Positions 13,032-22,429 of a DNA stretch of 39,748 nucleotides are shown in pieces. Both the position numbers and the translations under genes were made by a program. Source of the stretch: Thermoplasmata archaeon (GTDB lineage: Archaea > Thermoplasmatota > Thermoplasmata > Lutacidiplasmatales > UBA184); assembly GCA_050011075.1 (NCBI GenBank), contig JBEKJT010000001.1, positions 1-39,748 on the forward strand, in the 5' to 3' direction. Within the stretch, counting starts at the first letter, position 1; every line of letters begins with the position of its first letter. The notes under the pieces were generated by a model. That model had not been told where the DNA came from and ran no database searches. It worked only from the letters and a program-made list of their open reading frames with translations.

Positions 13032-15890
13032 ATGGAGTCCGACCCGACCTCGTTGCTCGACCGGATCGACCCGCGTCTTGCGAAGGCGATGGCCCTGCGC
13101 GGCATCGTGGAACCGACCGAGATCCAGCAACTGGCCTTTCCGGTCCTCGAAAGCGACGCGGACGCGCTGCTCCTCTCTCCCACCGGCACCGGAAAGACCG
13201 AGGCCGCACTGCTGCCGCTCCTGTCGCGGCGGCTCGCGCAGCCGTCGGACCCGATCTCGATCCTCTACGTCACCCCGCTCCGCGCCCTCAACCGGGACCT
13301 CGAGCACCGTCTCGTGGCCCTGGCCCGAGAGGTCGGGCTCGTCGCGGCGGTTCGCCACGGGGACACCTCCTCGGCCGCCCGCACCGCACAATCGCGTCAC
13401 CCCCCTGACCTGCTGCTGACGACGCCCGAGACCCTGCAGATCCTCCTCGTGGGCCGACATCTCCGGGAAGCGCTTCGCCACGTCCGCACCGTGGTGGTCG
13501 ATGAGGTCCACGAACTGATCGGCTCGGACCGGGGTGCGCAGCTGGCGCTCACTCTCGAACGCCTCGATGCACTCACCGGTGCGAAGGTCCGACGGATCGG
13601 ACTCTCGGCTACCGTCGGAAACCCGGAGGAGGTAGCCCGGTTCTTGTCGCCCGCGCCTAGAACGATCGAGGTGAGGGTCGCGCGCCAACGCCGGACCCTC
13701 GAACTCACTGCCCAGCGCCCGCGCGACGACCGACCTCCGCTGGACGCGGGGCTCGTGCTGGAGCTGAAGGCGGACCCGGTCCTCCTCGGGGGCCTCCGGG
13801 AGGTCGAGGAGGAGATCCGAAGGCACCGGACGACCCTCGTGTTCGTCAACACGCGACCGACTGCGGAAGGGATCGCCGCGCGGATGAACAAGCTCGCCCC
13901 GGACCTCGCGGTCGCCGTCCACCACGGGTCGCTCTCCCGCGAGGTCCGGGAAGAGGCCGAGCACGCGTTCCGGGAGGGACGCCTGAGAGCCCTGGTCGCC
14001 ACGTCCTCGCTCGAGCTCGGGATCGATATCGGTGCGGTCGACCACGTCGTCCAATTCGGGTCGCCCCATCAGGTGGGCCGTCTCGTGCAGCGGGTCGGCC
14101 GTTCGGGTCACCGGCTCGGTCGGACCATACATGGGACCGTCCTCGCATTGGACGACGACGACCTCGAGGAGGCCGCCGTGCTGGCCCGACGGGCCGATGA
14201 GGGTCAGATCGAGCCGGTCGCCTGGCGGACCCGCAATCGGCTCGCGGCCGCCCAACAGATCGTCGCCTCGCTCCGGGCGGAGGGCTCCGTCGACCGCGCC
14301 CAGCTCGTCGCGACCCTCGGGCATGCCGCGCCCGTGCGCGACCTCACCGAGGTCGAGTGGGGCGAGCTGATCGATTACCTGGTCGGACTCGGGCTCGCCC
14401 GCCCCGAGGGGGTTCGGCTTGGCCCGGGCCGCGGTACCCTGCATCGGTTCTACTCTTCGCTCTCGCTCATCCCGGACGAGCGTACCTACCGCCTGCGCGA
14501 CATCGCCACGCGTCGGCTGATCGGGACGTTGGACGAGCGCTTTGTCCTCACTCAGATCCTCGCCCAACCCGAGGAGATCTTCCTCCTGCACGGTCGCACG
14601 TGGAAGGTCGTCGAGTATCGGGACGGCGAGCTCCTGGTCGAGACCGTCCAGGAGATCGGCCAGGAACCGCGCTGGGCCGGCGAGGACCTTCCCGTTCCGT
14701 TCGACGTGGCGCAGGAGATCGGCCAGCTCCGCCGGGTGGGCGACCTCGATCGGTACCCCATCCCCCCCGCCGACCGCAGGCGTCTCGAACAGCGACGGGC
14801 GGCCGCCCTCGCCGCCGGTGCCCTGCCGACCGACCAACGGGTCACGGTGACCGTTCACGGTCGGCTCGTCATCTACGGAGCCTGCTTCGGCACTCGCACC
14901 AACGAGACGCTGTCCCTGGCGACCGCGGGCCTCCTCACGGCCAGACTCGGAGGACGGGTCGACGTCGCGGCGGTCGAGCCGACGTGGTTCGTCCTCGAGC
15001 TCCCGGTGGCCGTCGATGCCGCGACCCTGATCGATGCGTTCCGCATCGAGCCCGCGTCGCTCCGACCTCTCGTGGAGCGACTCGTACCGTCGGGGCTCGA
15101 CTACCGTTGGGTCTTCCTCGCGGTCGCCCGGAAGCTCGGGGTCGTCCCCGAGTCGGCGGACCCGCGCGACCTCCGAACGCTCGAGCCCCTCCTTGGAGCG
15201 AGCCGTACGAACCCGCTCGGGGAGGAGGTCCTCGAGAAGACCCTCCACGACCGGTTCGACGTCGACCACGCGGTCGAAGTGCTCGAGCGGCTGCGGTCGG
15301 GGTCGGTCGAGCTCGCGGCGACCGCCCCGTCGCCCTTGAGCGACGGACCGCTCGAGCGTCTCGAGTGGCGTGGCGTGCCGGACCTTCCGCCGCCGACCCT
15401 CCTCAAGGCGGTGCGCGAGCGTCTCGAGAAGGAGCCGCTCGTCCTGGCCTGCCTGCGCTGCGGTTTCGTCCGCACCACGACCCCCGGCCGCTATCGGAGC
15501 GAAGGAGGGAGCCGGTGCCTGCTCTGCCACGGTTCGCTTTCGGCGGTCCTTTCTCCCCGGCGGACCGAGGACGTCGACCGGCTCGTGAGATACGCCAAGA
15601 GGAAGTGGAAGCCGACCGCTCCCGTCACGGTCGGTCGCGGCGGCCGGAGAGTGCGGAAGGAGAGGGCCCTTCCCGCCGAGACCGAGAACCTGGTACGGTC
15701 CGGTTATACGTCCGCCGAGCTGCTCGCCCATTACGGAGAGCGGGCCCTTTACGCCCTCGCGGCCCGCGGCATCGGGCCCGAGACCGCACGTCGGCTCCTC
15801 ATGCGACATTATCGGGACGACGACGCGTTCTTCACCGAGATCCTGCGCGCCGAGCGGCACTACGCCCGCACGCGTTCGTTCTGGGACTAG
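13032..15890 (+). CDS. lhr: Lhr-type large ATP-dependent DEAD/DEAH (DEVH) helicase
   Basis: 'LLLSPTGTGKTEAALLPLL', 'VVVDEVHEL', SAT-like 'LSATVGN', 'VNTRPTAE', 'HHGSLSRE' and 'VATSSLELGIDIG' are present. The ~950-aa length with a C-terminal DEAD-associated region is typical of archaeal Lhr. Confidence 0.9.
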   Translation: MESDPTSLLDRIDPRLAKAMALRGIVEPTEIQQLAFPVLESDADALLLSPTGTGKTEAALLPLLSRRLAQPSDPISILYVTPLRALNRDLEHRLVALAREVGLVAAVRHGDTSSAARTAQSRHPPDLLLTTPETLQILLVGRHLREALRHVRTVVVDEVHELIGSDRGAQLALTLERLDALTGAKVRRIGLSATVGNPEEVARFLSPAPRTIEVRVARQRRTLELTAQRPRDDRPPLDAGLVLELKADPVLLGGLREVEEEIRRHRTTLVFVNTRPTAEGIAARMNKLAPDLAVAVHHGSLSREVREEAEHAFREGRLRALVATSSLELGIDIGAVDHVVQFGSPHQVGRLVQRVGRSGHRLGRTIHGTVLALDDDDLEEAAVLARRADEGQIEPVAWRTRNRLAAAQQIVASLRAEGSVDRAQLVATLGHAAPVRDLTEVEWGELIDYLVGLGLARPEGVRLGPGRGTLHRFYSSLSLIPDERTYRLRDIATRRLIGTLDERFVLTQILAQPEEIFLLHGRTWKVVEYRDGELLVETVQEIGQEPRWAGEDLPVPFDVAQEIGQLRRVGDLDRYPIPPADRRRLEQRRAAALAAGALPTDQRVTVTVHGRLVIYGACFGTRTNETLSLATAGLLTARLGGRVDVAAVEPTWFVLELPVAVDAATLIDAFRIEPASLRPLVERLVPSGLDYRWVFLAVARKLGVVPESADPRDLRTLEPLLGASRTNPLGEEVLEKTLHDRFDVDHAVEVLERLRSGSVELAATAPSPLSDGPLERLEWRGVPDLPPPTLLKAVRERLEKEPLVLACLRCGFVRTTTPGRYRSEGGSRCLLCHGSLSAVLSPRRTEDVDRLVRYAKRKWKPTAPVTVGRGGRRVRKERALPAETENLVRSGYTSAELLAHYGERALYALAARGIGPETARRLLMRHYRDDDAFFTEILRAERHYARTRSFWD

Positions 15891-16870
15891 CGGACTGCCG
15901 AAAGGCGGGCGACCGACCGCTCGACGACGTCCCGGGGAGCGTCGGTCCGGAACCCCTCGGGCCGAACATGCGTTCGGGCGGCGCGGAAGCCACGAGAACG
16001 GAGATCTACGAGCACGTCGGAGAGCGCGGGCGGCCTCGCGAGCCCGAGATCGCCGGCGAGCCGATTCGCCTCGTAGTAGAAGGGCACATCGACCGTGACC
16101 TCCTCCTTCAGGTGCTCGAGGAACGATCGCACTTCCCCCGGCCGCGCTGCCCCCGTCGGAACGGAAAGGTTCCGGACGAGCTCGGCGTCCATCAACCGCC
16201 CGAGCCAGAACGGGCCATACGGTCCTCGGCCCCCGATGTCGGGCCCGGTCCAGGACGCGGGGTCGATCTTCGCCACGGGGTCGGGCTCGTCGTTCGCAGG
16301 TCCGATGGAGACGTACGCGCGCACGTGGTGGTCCCGGACGTACCCGAGGAGCGGACGGAGAGACCGGCCCCGAACGCGGACCTGCCGGGCAACGTACCCG
16401 AGGAGGACCCGCAGTCCTCCTTCGGGCCCGAGACGACCCCGGATCGGACGCGCGCCGTACCGGCGCTCGCAGGCCGTGGGCTGAGCCCCTGCGAGGACCA
16501 TCATGTCGGTCGCCGTGACGGCGAGCACCCCACCCGGCTTCACCGCGGCGATCGCTGTCGCAAGGAAGGGGACGGGGGTCCCGTACGGGTCGAGGTCGAC
16601 GTAGTCGAACGGGCCGCCGTCGAACGGGTGACGAGCGTCCGCTGCGACGACTCGGACCCCGGGGCGACCGGAGGCGTTCGCTTCGAGAACGTGCCGTGCG
16701 CTCGGATTCGTCTCGGTGAACGTGAACTCCGCGAACGCTCCGGCCTCCACGAGCAGACGGAGTCCACGGACCCCGGTCGCCGCCGTCATCTCCCACCCCG
16801 TCGAGGGAGCCGGTCGCTCACGGAACCACGCCGAGGCGAACGCGACCCCCAGGTCGCGGTCCGCCGCCAT
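15887..16870 (-). CDS. trm1: tRNA (guanine26-N2)-dimethyltransferase Trm1; the ATG-defined ORF appears N-terminally truncated (see findings)
   Basis: 'DYVDLDPYGTPVPFLATAI...GGVLAVTATDMMVLAG...CERRYGA' is the Trm1 (PF02005) core. The conserved N-terminal 'EG...VFYNPAM..DRDL' continues in frame upstream of the ATG. Confidence 0.85.
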   Translation of the reverse strand: MAADRDLGVAFASAWFRERPAPSTGWEMTAATGVRGLRLLVEAGAFAEFTFTETNPSARHVLEANASGRPGVRVVAADARHPFDGGPFDYVDLDPYGTPVPFLATAIAAVKPGGVLAVTATDMMVLAGAQPTACERRYGARPIRGRLGPEGGLRVLLGYVARQVRVRGRSLRPLLGYVRDHHVRAYVSIGPANDEPDPVAKIDPASWTGPDIGGRGPYGPFWLGRLMDAELVRNLSVPTGAARPGEVRSFLEHLKEEVTVDVPFYYEANRLAGDLGLARPPALSDVLVDLRSRGFRAARTHVRPEGFRTDAPRDVVERSVARLSAVR

Positions 16871-16965
16871 GGCCGGGTTATAGAAGACCGCCGCACGTCG
16901 GCGGGGGCCGGGGCCTGGCGTGGTGGCGGGCAGGTAGAGCTCGGTCGCGCCTTCCCGGCTCGGGC

Positions 16966-17523
16966 CTAGTGCGTCTGGCCCGTGATCAGGTGAACGATCT
17001 TGAACGCGAGGAGGTTCTTGTTCACGGGCGTCACTTCGAGCAGGCGTAGTTCGTCCCTCCGTCGGATATCCTGGAGTAGCGGGTTCCGCGACTTCTTGTG
17101 GAGGGTCATCACGATCGACTTCTTGGCGTCCAGCGTATCGATCACGCTCTTCGTGAAGGCGTCGCTTTCGACCTCCATCTTGCCGACCTCGTCGATCACG
17201 ATGACGTCCGCCGACTCGCGCGCTTCGGCGAGGGCGCGCGTGCCGAGTCCTTCGAGCGCGGCGAGGTTGACCCCGTAGCGGCCGGAGCGGACGCGCGACT
17301 TCAGCGACTCGTGCGCGAAGACCTCGTGCTCCTTCGTGAGCCAGTTGGTGATCTGGAAACCGACCCGCCGCTGCTTCTCCACGATCGGCTCGGTGACCAT
17401 GCCGCCGACCACGACGTCCTCTTCCTCGAGCAGTTGGATGATCCGAAGGAGCGTCTGGGTCTTGCCCGAGCCCGGAAGGCCGGTGATGCCGATCTTGACC
17501 GGAGGAGAAAGACGTCGAGGCAT
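16966..17523 (-). CDS. Nucleoside-triphosphatase, THEP1 / NTPase_1 (PF03266) family
   Basis: 'KIGITGLPGSGKTQ' (P-loop), 'VIVIDEVGKME' (Walker B), ~185 aa. Confidence 0.85.
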   Translation of the reverse strand: MPRRLSPPVKIGITGLPGSGKTQTLLRIIQLLEEEDVVVGGMVTEPIVEKQRRVGFQITNWLTKEHEVFAHESLKSRVRSGRYGVNLAALEGLGTRALAEARESADVIVIDEVGKMEVESDAFTKSVIDTLDAKKSIVMTLHKKSRNPLLQDIRRRDELRLLEVTPVNKNLLAFKIVHLITGQTH

Positions 17524-17563
17524 GGAGAACTACAGGAGGCAGGTCCTTCTAGCCGTGGAACGA

Positions 17564-17571
17564 ATAATAAG
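17564..17571 (+). promoter_or_regulatory. TATA-like box (AATAATAA) about 26 nt upstream of the 17593 ATG (leaderless-type promoter)
   Basis: This is the only A/T run in the 17524-17592 divergent spacer. The spacing fits archaeal TATA-to-start distance for leaderless mRNAs. Confidence 0.3.
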
Positions 17572-17592
17572 CCATCGCGCCCCGTCCAAGGC

Positions 17593-18228
17593 ATGCTCGG
17601 TCGTCGCACGCCGGTGGGCGTCCGGCCTCTAGCTTCCGAGAGCCCCGAGATCTACCCTCCGCGGGAGGACACGTTCCTCCTCCTCCCGTTCGCGACGGTC
17701 GCCCTCGGTACGCGCGTGCTGGAGGTCGGCACCGGCTCGGGCGTGGTCGCGCTCGCGGCCGCGCGGTGCGGGGGACGGGTGGTCGCGACCGACCGGAACG
17801 GCCGAGCGCTCCGACAGCTCCTCGGAATCGCGCGGCGCGAACGGCTCGATCTCTCTCCGGTCCGAACGGACCTTGCTCACGGGCTCGGTCGGTTCGACCG
17901 GGTCCTCGTCAATCCACCGTACCTTCCGACCGCTCACGGAGAGGAGGACGCGGACCTCGGGACGCGGCTCGCGCTGGACGGCGGACCCGACGGGTGCCGG
18001 GTCCTGTCCCGGCTCCTCTCCGACCTCCCGGACCACCTCACCGTCGGAGGCGCCGCCTTCGTGGTCGTCTCTAGCGTGCAGGATGCGCCCGGCCTTGCCC
18101 GGGTCCGGGACTTCTGGCGCCAACGCGGGGGGTCCGTCGAGGTCGTATCGACTCGAGCGCTCGAGGGTGAGCAACTCTCGGTCTGGAAGCTCGAGCTCGT
18201 TTCGCCTAACGCGCCCCGGGCCCGCTAG
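17593..18228 (+). CDS. HemK/Mtq2-like N5-glutamine (NPPY) methyltransferase
   Basis: 'VLEVGTGSGVVALAAA' (AdoMet motif I) and 'VLVNPPYLP' are present. The start is the internal ATG 17593 of track ORF 17098..18228, whose 5' part is antisense to the THEP1 gene. Confidence 0.8.
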   Translation: MLGRRTPVGVRPLASESPEIYPPREDTFLLLPFATVALGTRVLEVGTGSGVVALAAARCGGRVVATDRNGRALRQLLGIARRERLDLSPVRTDLAHGLGRFDRVLVNPPYLPTAHGEEDADLGTRLALDGGPDGCRVLSRLLSDLPDHLTVGGAAFVVVSSVQDAPGLARVRDFWRQRGGSVEVVSTRALEGEQLSVWKLELVSPNAPRAR

Positions 18229-19055
18229 AGGTGGCGCTCGGCGTACGATAGGACTGCATCCAGGAAGCGGTGGCCATCCCCGAAGCCGCGTGCCGAGCCT
18301 TCGCGGGTCCAGTCGGGCGACTGGGCCCGGTAGAACGACCGCTCGGGATGCGGCATGAGGCCGAAGACGTTGCCGTTCGGGCTCGCGAGCCCGGCAATGT
18401 TTCCCTCTGAGCCGTTCGGGTTCCACGGATAGGTAGCCGATCCCCCGTCGGGAGAGACCCATCGGAACAGGACCTGTCCGTTCTCTTCGAGCCGGCGCCG
18501 ACGGGCGACCGGGTCGCCTCCGAGCACCAGCTGACCCTCAGCGTGGGCCGACGGGAAGAGGAATCGCGTCCCCTTCGGCGTTCGCCGAAGCGCGGGGAAG
18601 ATCCCCCCCTCCCAGGAGAGGAACGTGGGTCGGCATTCGAAGCGACCCGAGGCGTTGGTCATCAGCACCGCATCCGGGCTTCCGAGCCGGCCGGTCCGAC
18701 GGCCGGGGAGAAGTCCGAGCTCGGTGAGCACCTGGAACCCGTTGCAGATCCCGCCCACGAGGCGACCGCTGCGGACGAACTCCTCGAGCTCGGGACCGAT
18801 CGAGGCGCGAATGCGGGCGGCGAAGATCGCCCCCGCCCGCACGTAGTCGCCCGCGGAGAACCCCCCGGGCACGAACAGGATCTGATAGTCGGAGAGCCGC
18901 CGGCGCTCGACCGCGGAGACGTCCCGGCCCTGGAGCTGCTTCAGGTGGACGACCTCGGGATGCGCTCCGAGGGCTGCGAGCGCGGTCCGCAGCTCGTCGT
19001 CGCAGTTCGTACCTTCGATCGAAAGGATCGCGACCGCGAGGTTCCGGCGGGCCAC
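18225..19055 (-). CDS. purQ: Phosphoribosylformylglycinamidine synthase subunit I (PurQ, glutaminase)
   Basis: 'VPGGFSAGDY', the nucleophile-elbow 'GICNGFQVL' and 'GLMPHPER' are present. Confidence 0.9.
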   Translation of the reverse strand: MARRNLAVAILSIEGTNCDDELRTALAALGAHPEVVHLKQLQGRDVSAVERRRLSDYQILFVPGGFSAGDYVRAGAIFAARIRASIGPELEEFVRSGRLVGGICNGFQVLTELGLLPGRRTGRLGSPDAVLMTNASGRFECRPTFLSWEGGIFPALRRTPKGTRFLFPSAHAEGQLVLGGDPVARRRRLEENGQVLFRWVSPDGGSATYPWNPNGSEGNIAGLASPNGNVFGLMPHPERSFYRAQSPDWTREGSARGFGDGHRFLDAVLSYAERHL

Positions 19056-19101
19056 GGCCGAGCAGCGAGGAGAGCCGCTTAACGGTTCCTCGGGGCGACG
19101 C

Positions 19102-20349
19102 TTACGGCCCGCCTCCCGGACCGAGCGGAGGGTCGAGGTAGTACACGCGGATCCGCTGACCTGCCTTCACGACCCGGCGACCGGGCGGGAGCATCGCGAA
19201 CGCCGTGGCGCCCGAGAGGCTCGTGATGATGGACGAGCCTCGAAACGTTGAGTACGCGCGCCCGCCTTTGAATCGGAGCGGTACGATGGTGGCAAGGCCC
19301 GGGGACGGGGCGGTCGCATCGCTGCCGAGCGTGGCCCACCCCTCGTGCCATCCCGGCCCCGGCCGCCGCCCGATGCGGCGAAGCGCCGGAAGGATCAACC
19401 AATACATGTTCGCGAGACACGAGGTTGGATGGCCGGGGAGTCCGACCACGAGGCGGTCCCCGACCCGGGCCGCGAGGGTCGGTTTGCCGGCGCGCACTGC
19501 GACCCCATGGAACAACAGCGTCCCGAGATTCGGGAGGATCCTGGGGAGATGGTCGCGCTCTCCGACCGAGCTCCCCCCAGTCGCGAGCACGAGGTCGGCG
19601 AACCCGAGCGCTTGCCGGATCGCCGCCTCGATCTGCACCGGGTCGTCGGGCAGCGGCGGCGCGGGTCGGGGGATCCCCCCGGCGGCCCGGACCACCGCGC
19701 AGAGCGTCGCGTTGTTGCTCTCGTAGATCATGCCGGGACGCGGTGGGCTCCCCGGGACGAGGAGCTCGTTCCCGTTCGGAAGGATCGCGACGACCGGCCG
19801 GGCGTAGACCTTCACCTTCGCCACGCCGCAGGCGGCTAGGGTTCCGAGCGCCGTCGCGGTCAGTTGCTCTCCGCGGCGCACCAGGACCGACCCTCGCGGA
19901 AAATCGTGGCCGGGGGTGGATATCCGATCGCCCGGAGCCACTGGTTTGCTCAGCCGGATCGTCCGACCTGACCGCTCGACCTCCTCGAAAATGACGACGG
20001 CGTCGGCGCCACGCGGGATCGCCCCACCGGTCGCGATCGCGACGGTCTCGCCGCGGCCTAAACGTCCGGGGTACGCCTGCTCGGCGAACACTTCGCCCAC
20101 GACCGCGAGCTCGACCGGCCGGGTTCGAAGGGCGCCGCGGGTGTCGGCGGCACGGACGGCATAGCCGTCCCAGGTAGTTCGAGGGAACGATGGAACCGGG
20201 AACGGCGCCCGCACGGTCTCGGCGGCGATCTGGTCGAACGCCTCTTCGACGGGAACCTCCTCGACGCGATCGGTCGGGCGGGCTGCGGCGAGCAATCGTC
20301 GTCGGGCGACCTCGACACTCGTCAATCGGCCGAACGCATGCATCTCCAT
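19102..20349 (-). CDS. moeA: Molybdopterin molybdenumtransferase (MoeA)
   Basis: 'FPRTTWDGYAVRAAD', 'GDRISTPGHDF' and 'LVLATGGSSVGERD' are present. The start is ATG 20349 (MEMHAFGRL). The first 195 aa of track ORF 19102..20934 run antisense/off-frame over the PfkB gene. Confidence 0.85.
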   Translation of the reverse strand: MEMHAFGRLTSVEVARRRLLAAARPTDRVEEVPVEEAFDQIAAETVRAPFPVPSFPRTTWDGYAVRAADTRGALRTRPVELAVVGEVFAEQAYPGRLGRGETVAIATGGAIPRGADAVVIFEEVERSGRTIRLSKPVAPGDRISTPGHDFPRGSVLVRRGEQLTATALGTLAACGVAKVKVYARPVVAILPNGNELLVPGSPPRPGMIYESNNATLCAVVRAAGGIPRPAPPLPDDPVQIEAAIRQALGFADLVLATGGSSVGERDHLPRILPNLGTLLFHGVAVRAGKPTLAARVGDRLVVGLPGHPTSCLANMYWLILPALRRIGRRPGPGWHEGWATLGSDATAPSPGLATIVPLRFKGGRAYSTFRGSSIITSLSGATAFAMLPPGRRVVKAGQRIRVYYLDPPLGPGGGP

Positions 20350-20360
20350 GAACCGACCAC

Positions 20361-21236
20361 CTACGTTGCGTCCTCGATCCATCGCCGGGAAGCCCGCACG
20401 CCGGCGGTGAGGCACTTCCGGAGCGGCTCCCCCTCGAACCAGGCGGCGTAGAAACCGCCCCGGAACGCATCGCCGGCGCCGACGGTCGAGCGCTTCGACC
20501 TCGGCCGCTCGGCCGGAACGTGGACGGTCTCCGTGCGGGAAAAGGCGGTGGCACCGCGCGGTCCCTCGGTCCGAACGACCAGGGGAACTCGCTCGAGCAG
20601 TCCGGACGGGTCGGAGCATCCCGAGTACTCGACCGCCCGCGCGACCTCGCCACGGTTCCCGAAGAATAGCTCGCTGGCCGCGAGGAGCTCGGCGAACTGA
20701 CGCCGCTTCCACCGGTAATGGATCTCCTGGGCGGGGTCGGCCGCCACCCGGAGGCCGTGGGCGCGAGCCGCACGCGCGAGGCGCAGCTGGAACGTCGGGT
20801 CTCCGGTCGTGACGTGCAACCAGGAATACTCGTCGAGCCAGGCGCCGGGGACCCGGGCGCCCCGACCTCCGCCCATAGGTCCCTGGTCGATCAGGGTCCG
20901 CTGCACCCCGCGGCGGTCCTCTAGGATGAAGCACGTCGGAGTGGCCTCAATGGCTACCTGCTCGAGGCCGCGGAGGTCGATCCCCGCGGTGCGGAGACGA
21001 CGGAGGAAGTCTGCCGGGAATTCGCGACCTATGCGCGCGACCAGACCGGTCGCCACGCCGTAACGCGCGGCGACCCGGGCGAGGTTCGCCCCGGTGCCGC
21101 CGAGCTCGACCCTTTGCAGGACGACCGGCACCGTCCGGTCGGCCGCCGGGAACTCATCGACCGTGAGGAACCGGTCGACGTTCACGTGGCCCGAGACCAA
21201 GAGGTCGCGGGGGCGCCCGGAGATCTCGTCGGCCAT
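20361..21236 (-). CDS. PfkB-family carbohydrate/nucleoside kinase
   Basis: The N-terminal 'ELGGTGANLA' (GG motif) and C-terminal 'GAGDAFRGGF' PfkB signature are present. Confidence 0.85.
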   Translation of the reverse strand: MADEISGRPRDLLVSGHVNVDRFLTVDEFPAADRTVPVVLQRVELGGTGANLARVAARYGVATGLVARIGREFPADFLRRLRTAGIDLRGLEQVAIEATPTCFILEDRRGVQRTLIDQGPMGGGRGARVPGAWLDEYSWLHVTTGDPTFQLRLARAARAHGLRVAADPAQEIHYRWKRRQFAELLAASELFFGNRGEVARAVEYSGCSDPSGLLERVPLVVRTEGPRGATAFSRTETVHVPAERPRSKRSTVGAGDAFRGGFYAAWFEGEPLRKCLTAGVRASRRWIEDAT

Positions 21237-21334
21237 CGTGAATCGAGTTTGGTGAATCGCGGGTCCGCTTATCCCTTCGGGAGCGGCCCCGGGCTCGGCC
21301 TTAAGGCGGCCGAGGCCTCACACGCCCGCATCGG

Positions 21335-22429
21335 ATGATCGTCGAGGGGGCGATCCTGGACATGGACGGCCCGCGCCCGGCCTACGTCCGGTTCCGGGAC
21401 GGACGCATCACGGAGGTTGGTCAGCCGGGGACCGACGGCGGTCGGGGACGCGAACACAAGATCCGGGGGATCGTCATTCCGTCCCTTGTCAACGGGCACA
21501 CGCACCTCGGAGACGCCGTCTCCGTCCGAGAGCCGCCCTCCGGACCGGTCGCCGAACTGGTCCGCCCGCCGCACGGCTACAAGTTCCGCGTGCTGGCCGA
21601 AGCCACACCGGGCGCGAAGGTCCGCGCCATGCGTTCTGCGCTCCTCCGAATGGCCCGGGATGGAGTCGGCGCCGTGGTCGATTTTCGGGAGGAGGGACGC
21701 GGCGGCCTCGACCTGCTGCGCACCGCGGCGCTCGGCGTTCCTCTTCGGGTGGTCGCGCTCGGCCGTCCGCTGGCGCGACCGGTCGACCGGGACGAGCTTC
21801 GGGACGTCCTCGCGGCCGGGGATGGCATCGGACTCTCGAGCGCCCGGGACGAGACTCCCGAGACCGTGCGGATTGTGGCCGAGACCTGCCGGCGAGTCCA
21901 CAAGCGGTATGCGCTCCACGCGAGCGAAGCATTCCGTGAGGACCCCGACCGATACTTGCGACCGAAGCCCGACCTCCTCGTGCACCTCGCGAAGGCGACG
22001 TCGGCCGACCTCGAGGCCGTGCGCGACGCGGGGGTCTCGGTGGCGGTCTGTCCGCGCTCGAACGCGCTGTTCGGCCTCCCACCGAACCTCGGGGAGATGG
22101 AACGGGTCGGACTGCGGGTCCTCCTCGGGACCGACAACGCGATGTTCCACGCCCCTTCGATCTGGCGCGAGCTCGAGTTCGCGTACGTCGCGAGCCGGCT
22201 CTGTCGGAGACCGGTGTCGGCCGACTTCCTCGCCCGCTCCGTGTTGGTCGAACCCTGGCGCTGGCTCGGGAATCCCGACGCGGCCCGCGTCGCGCCGGGG
22301 TCGCCCGTCTCTCCCGTCGTGCTCCGGCTCCCTCCGGAGGACCCGGCCTACCAGGTTGTGACGCGGACGACCGAACACCTTATCGTCCGGGGGCGGCCCC
22401 ACGTCGGTCGACCGACCGCAAGGCGATGA
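21335..22429 (+). CDS. Amidohydrolase-family protein (chlorohydrolase/deaminase-like)
   Basis: 'PSLVNGHTHLGDA' is the HxH metal site. The overall amidohydrolase_1 layout is present with 'VLLGTDN' near the C-terminus. Confidence 0.75.
   Translation: MIVEGAILDMDGPRPAYVRFRDGRITEVGQPGTDGGRGREHKIRGIVIPSLVNGHTHLGDAVSVREPPSGPVAELVRPPHGYKFRVLAEATPGAKVRAMRSALLRMARDGVGAVVDFREEGRGGLDLLRTAALGVPLRVVALGRPLARPVDRDELRDVLAAGDGIGLSSARDETPETVRIVAETCRRVHKRYALHASEAFREDPDRYLRPKPDLLVHLAKATSADLEAVRDAGVSVAVCPRSNALFGLPPNLGEMERVGLRVLLGTDNAMFHAPSIWRELEFAYVASRLCRRPVSADFLARSVLVEPWRWLGNPDAARVAPGSPVSPVVLRLPPEDPAYQVVTRTTEHLIVRGRPHVGRPTARR

Noticed and set aside
12579-16796. Very long ORF (1405 aa) on the minus strand, plus the 870-aa plus-strand ORF 14357..16969
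   Set aside because: Both are extremely Arg/Gly/Pro/Asp-rich with no recognisable motifs. They run antisense or off-frame across the Lhr helicase and Trm1 genes, which carry clear family motifs. This is the typical stop-codon-poor shadow ORF of high-G+C DNA.
16960-16975. Programmed -1 frameshift fusing THEP1 NTPase to Trm1
   Set aside because: The Trm1 frame is -1 relative to THEP1 at the TAG. However, there is no X XXY YYZ slippery heptamer or obvious downstream structure, so a lost or non-canonical start codon is a simpler explanation.
19079-20934. The 564-aa ORF 19079..20773 and the 195-aa N-terminal extension of ORF 19102..20934
   Set aside because: These are Arg/Pro-rich off-frame translations overlapping moeA and the PfkB kinase gene. 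MoeA homology begins at MEMHAFGRL (ATG 20349), 12 nt after the PfkB stop.
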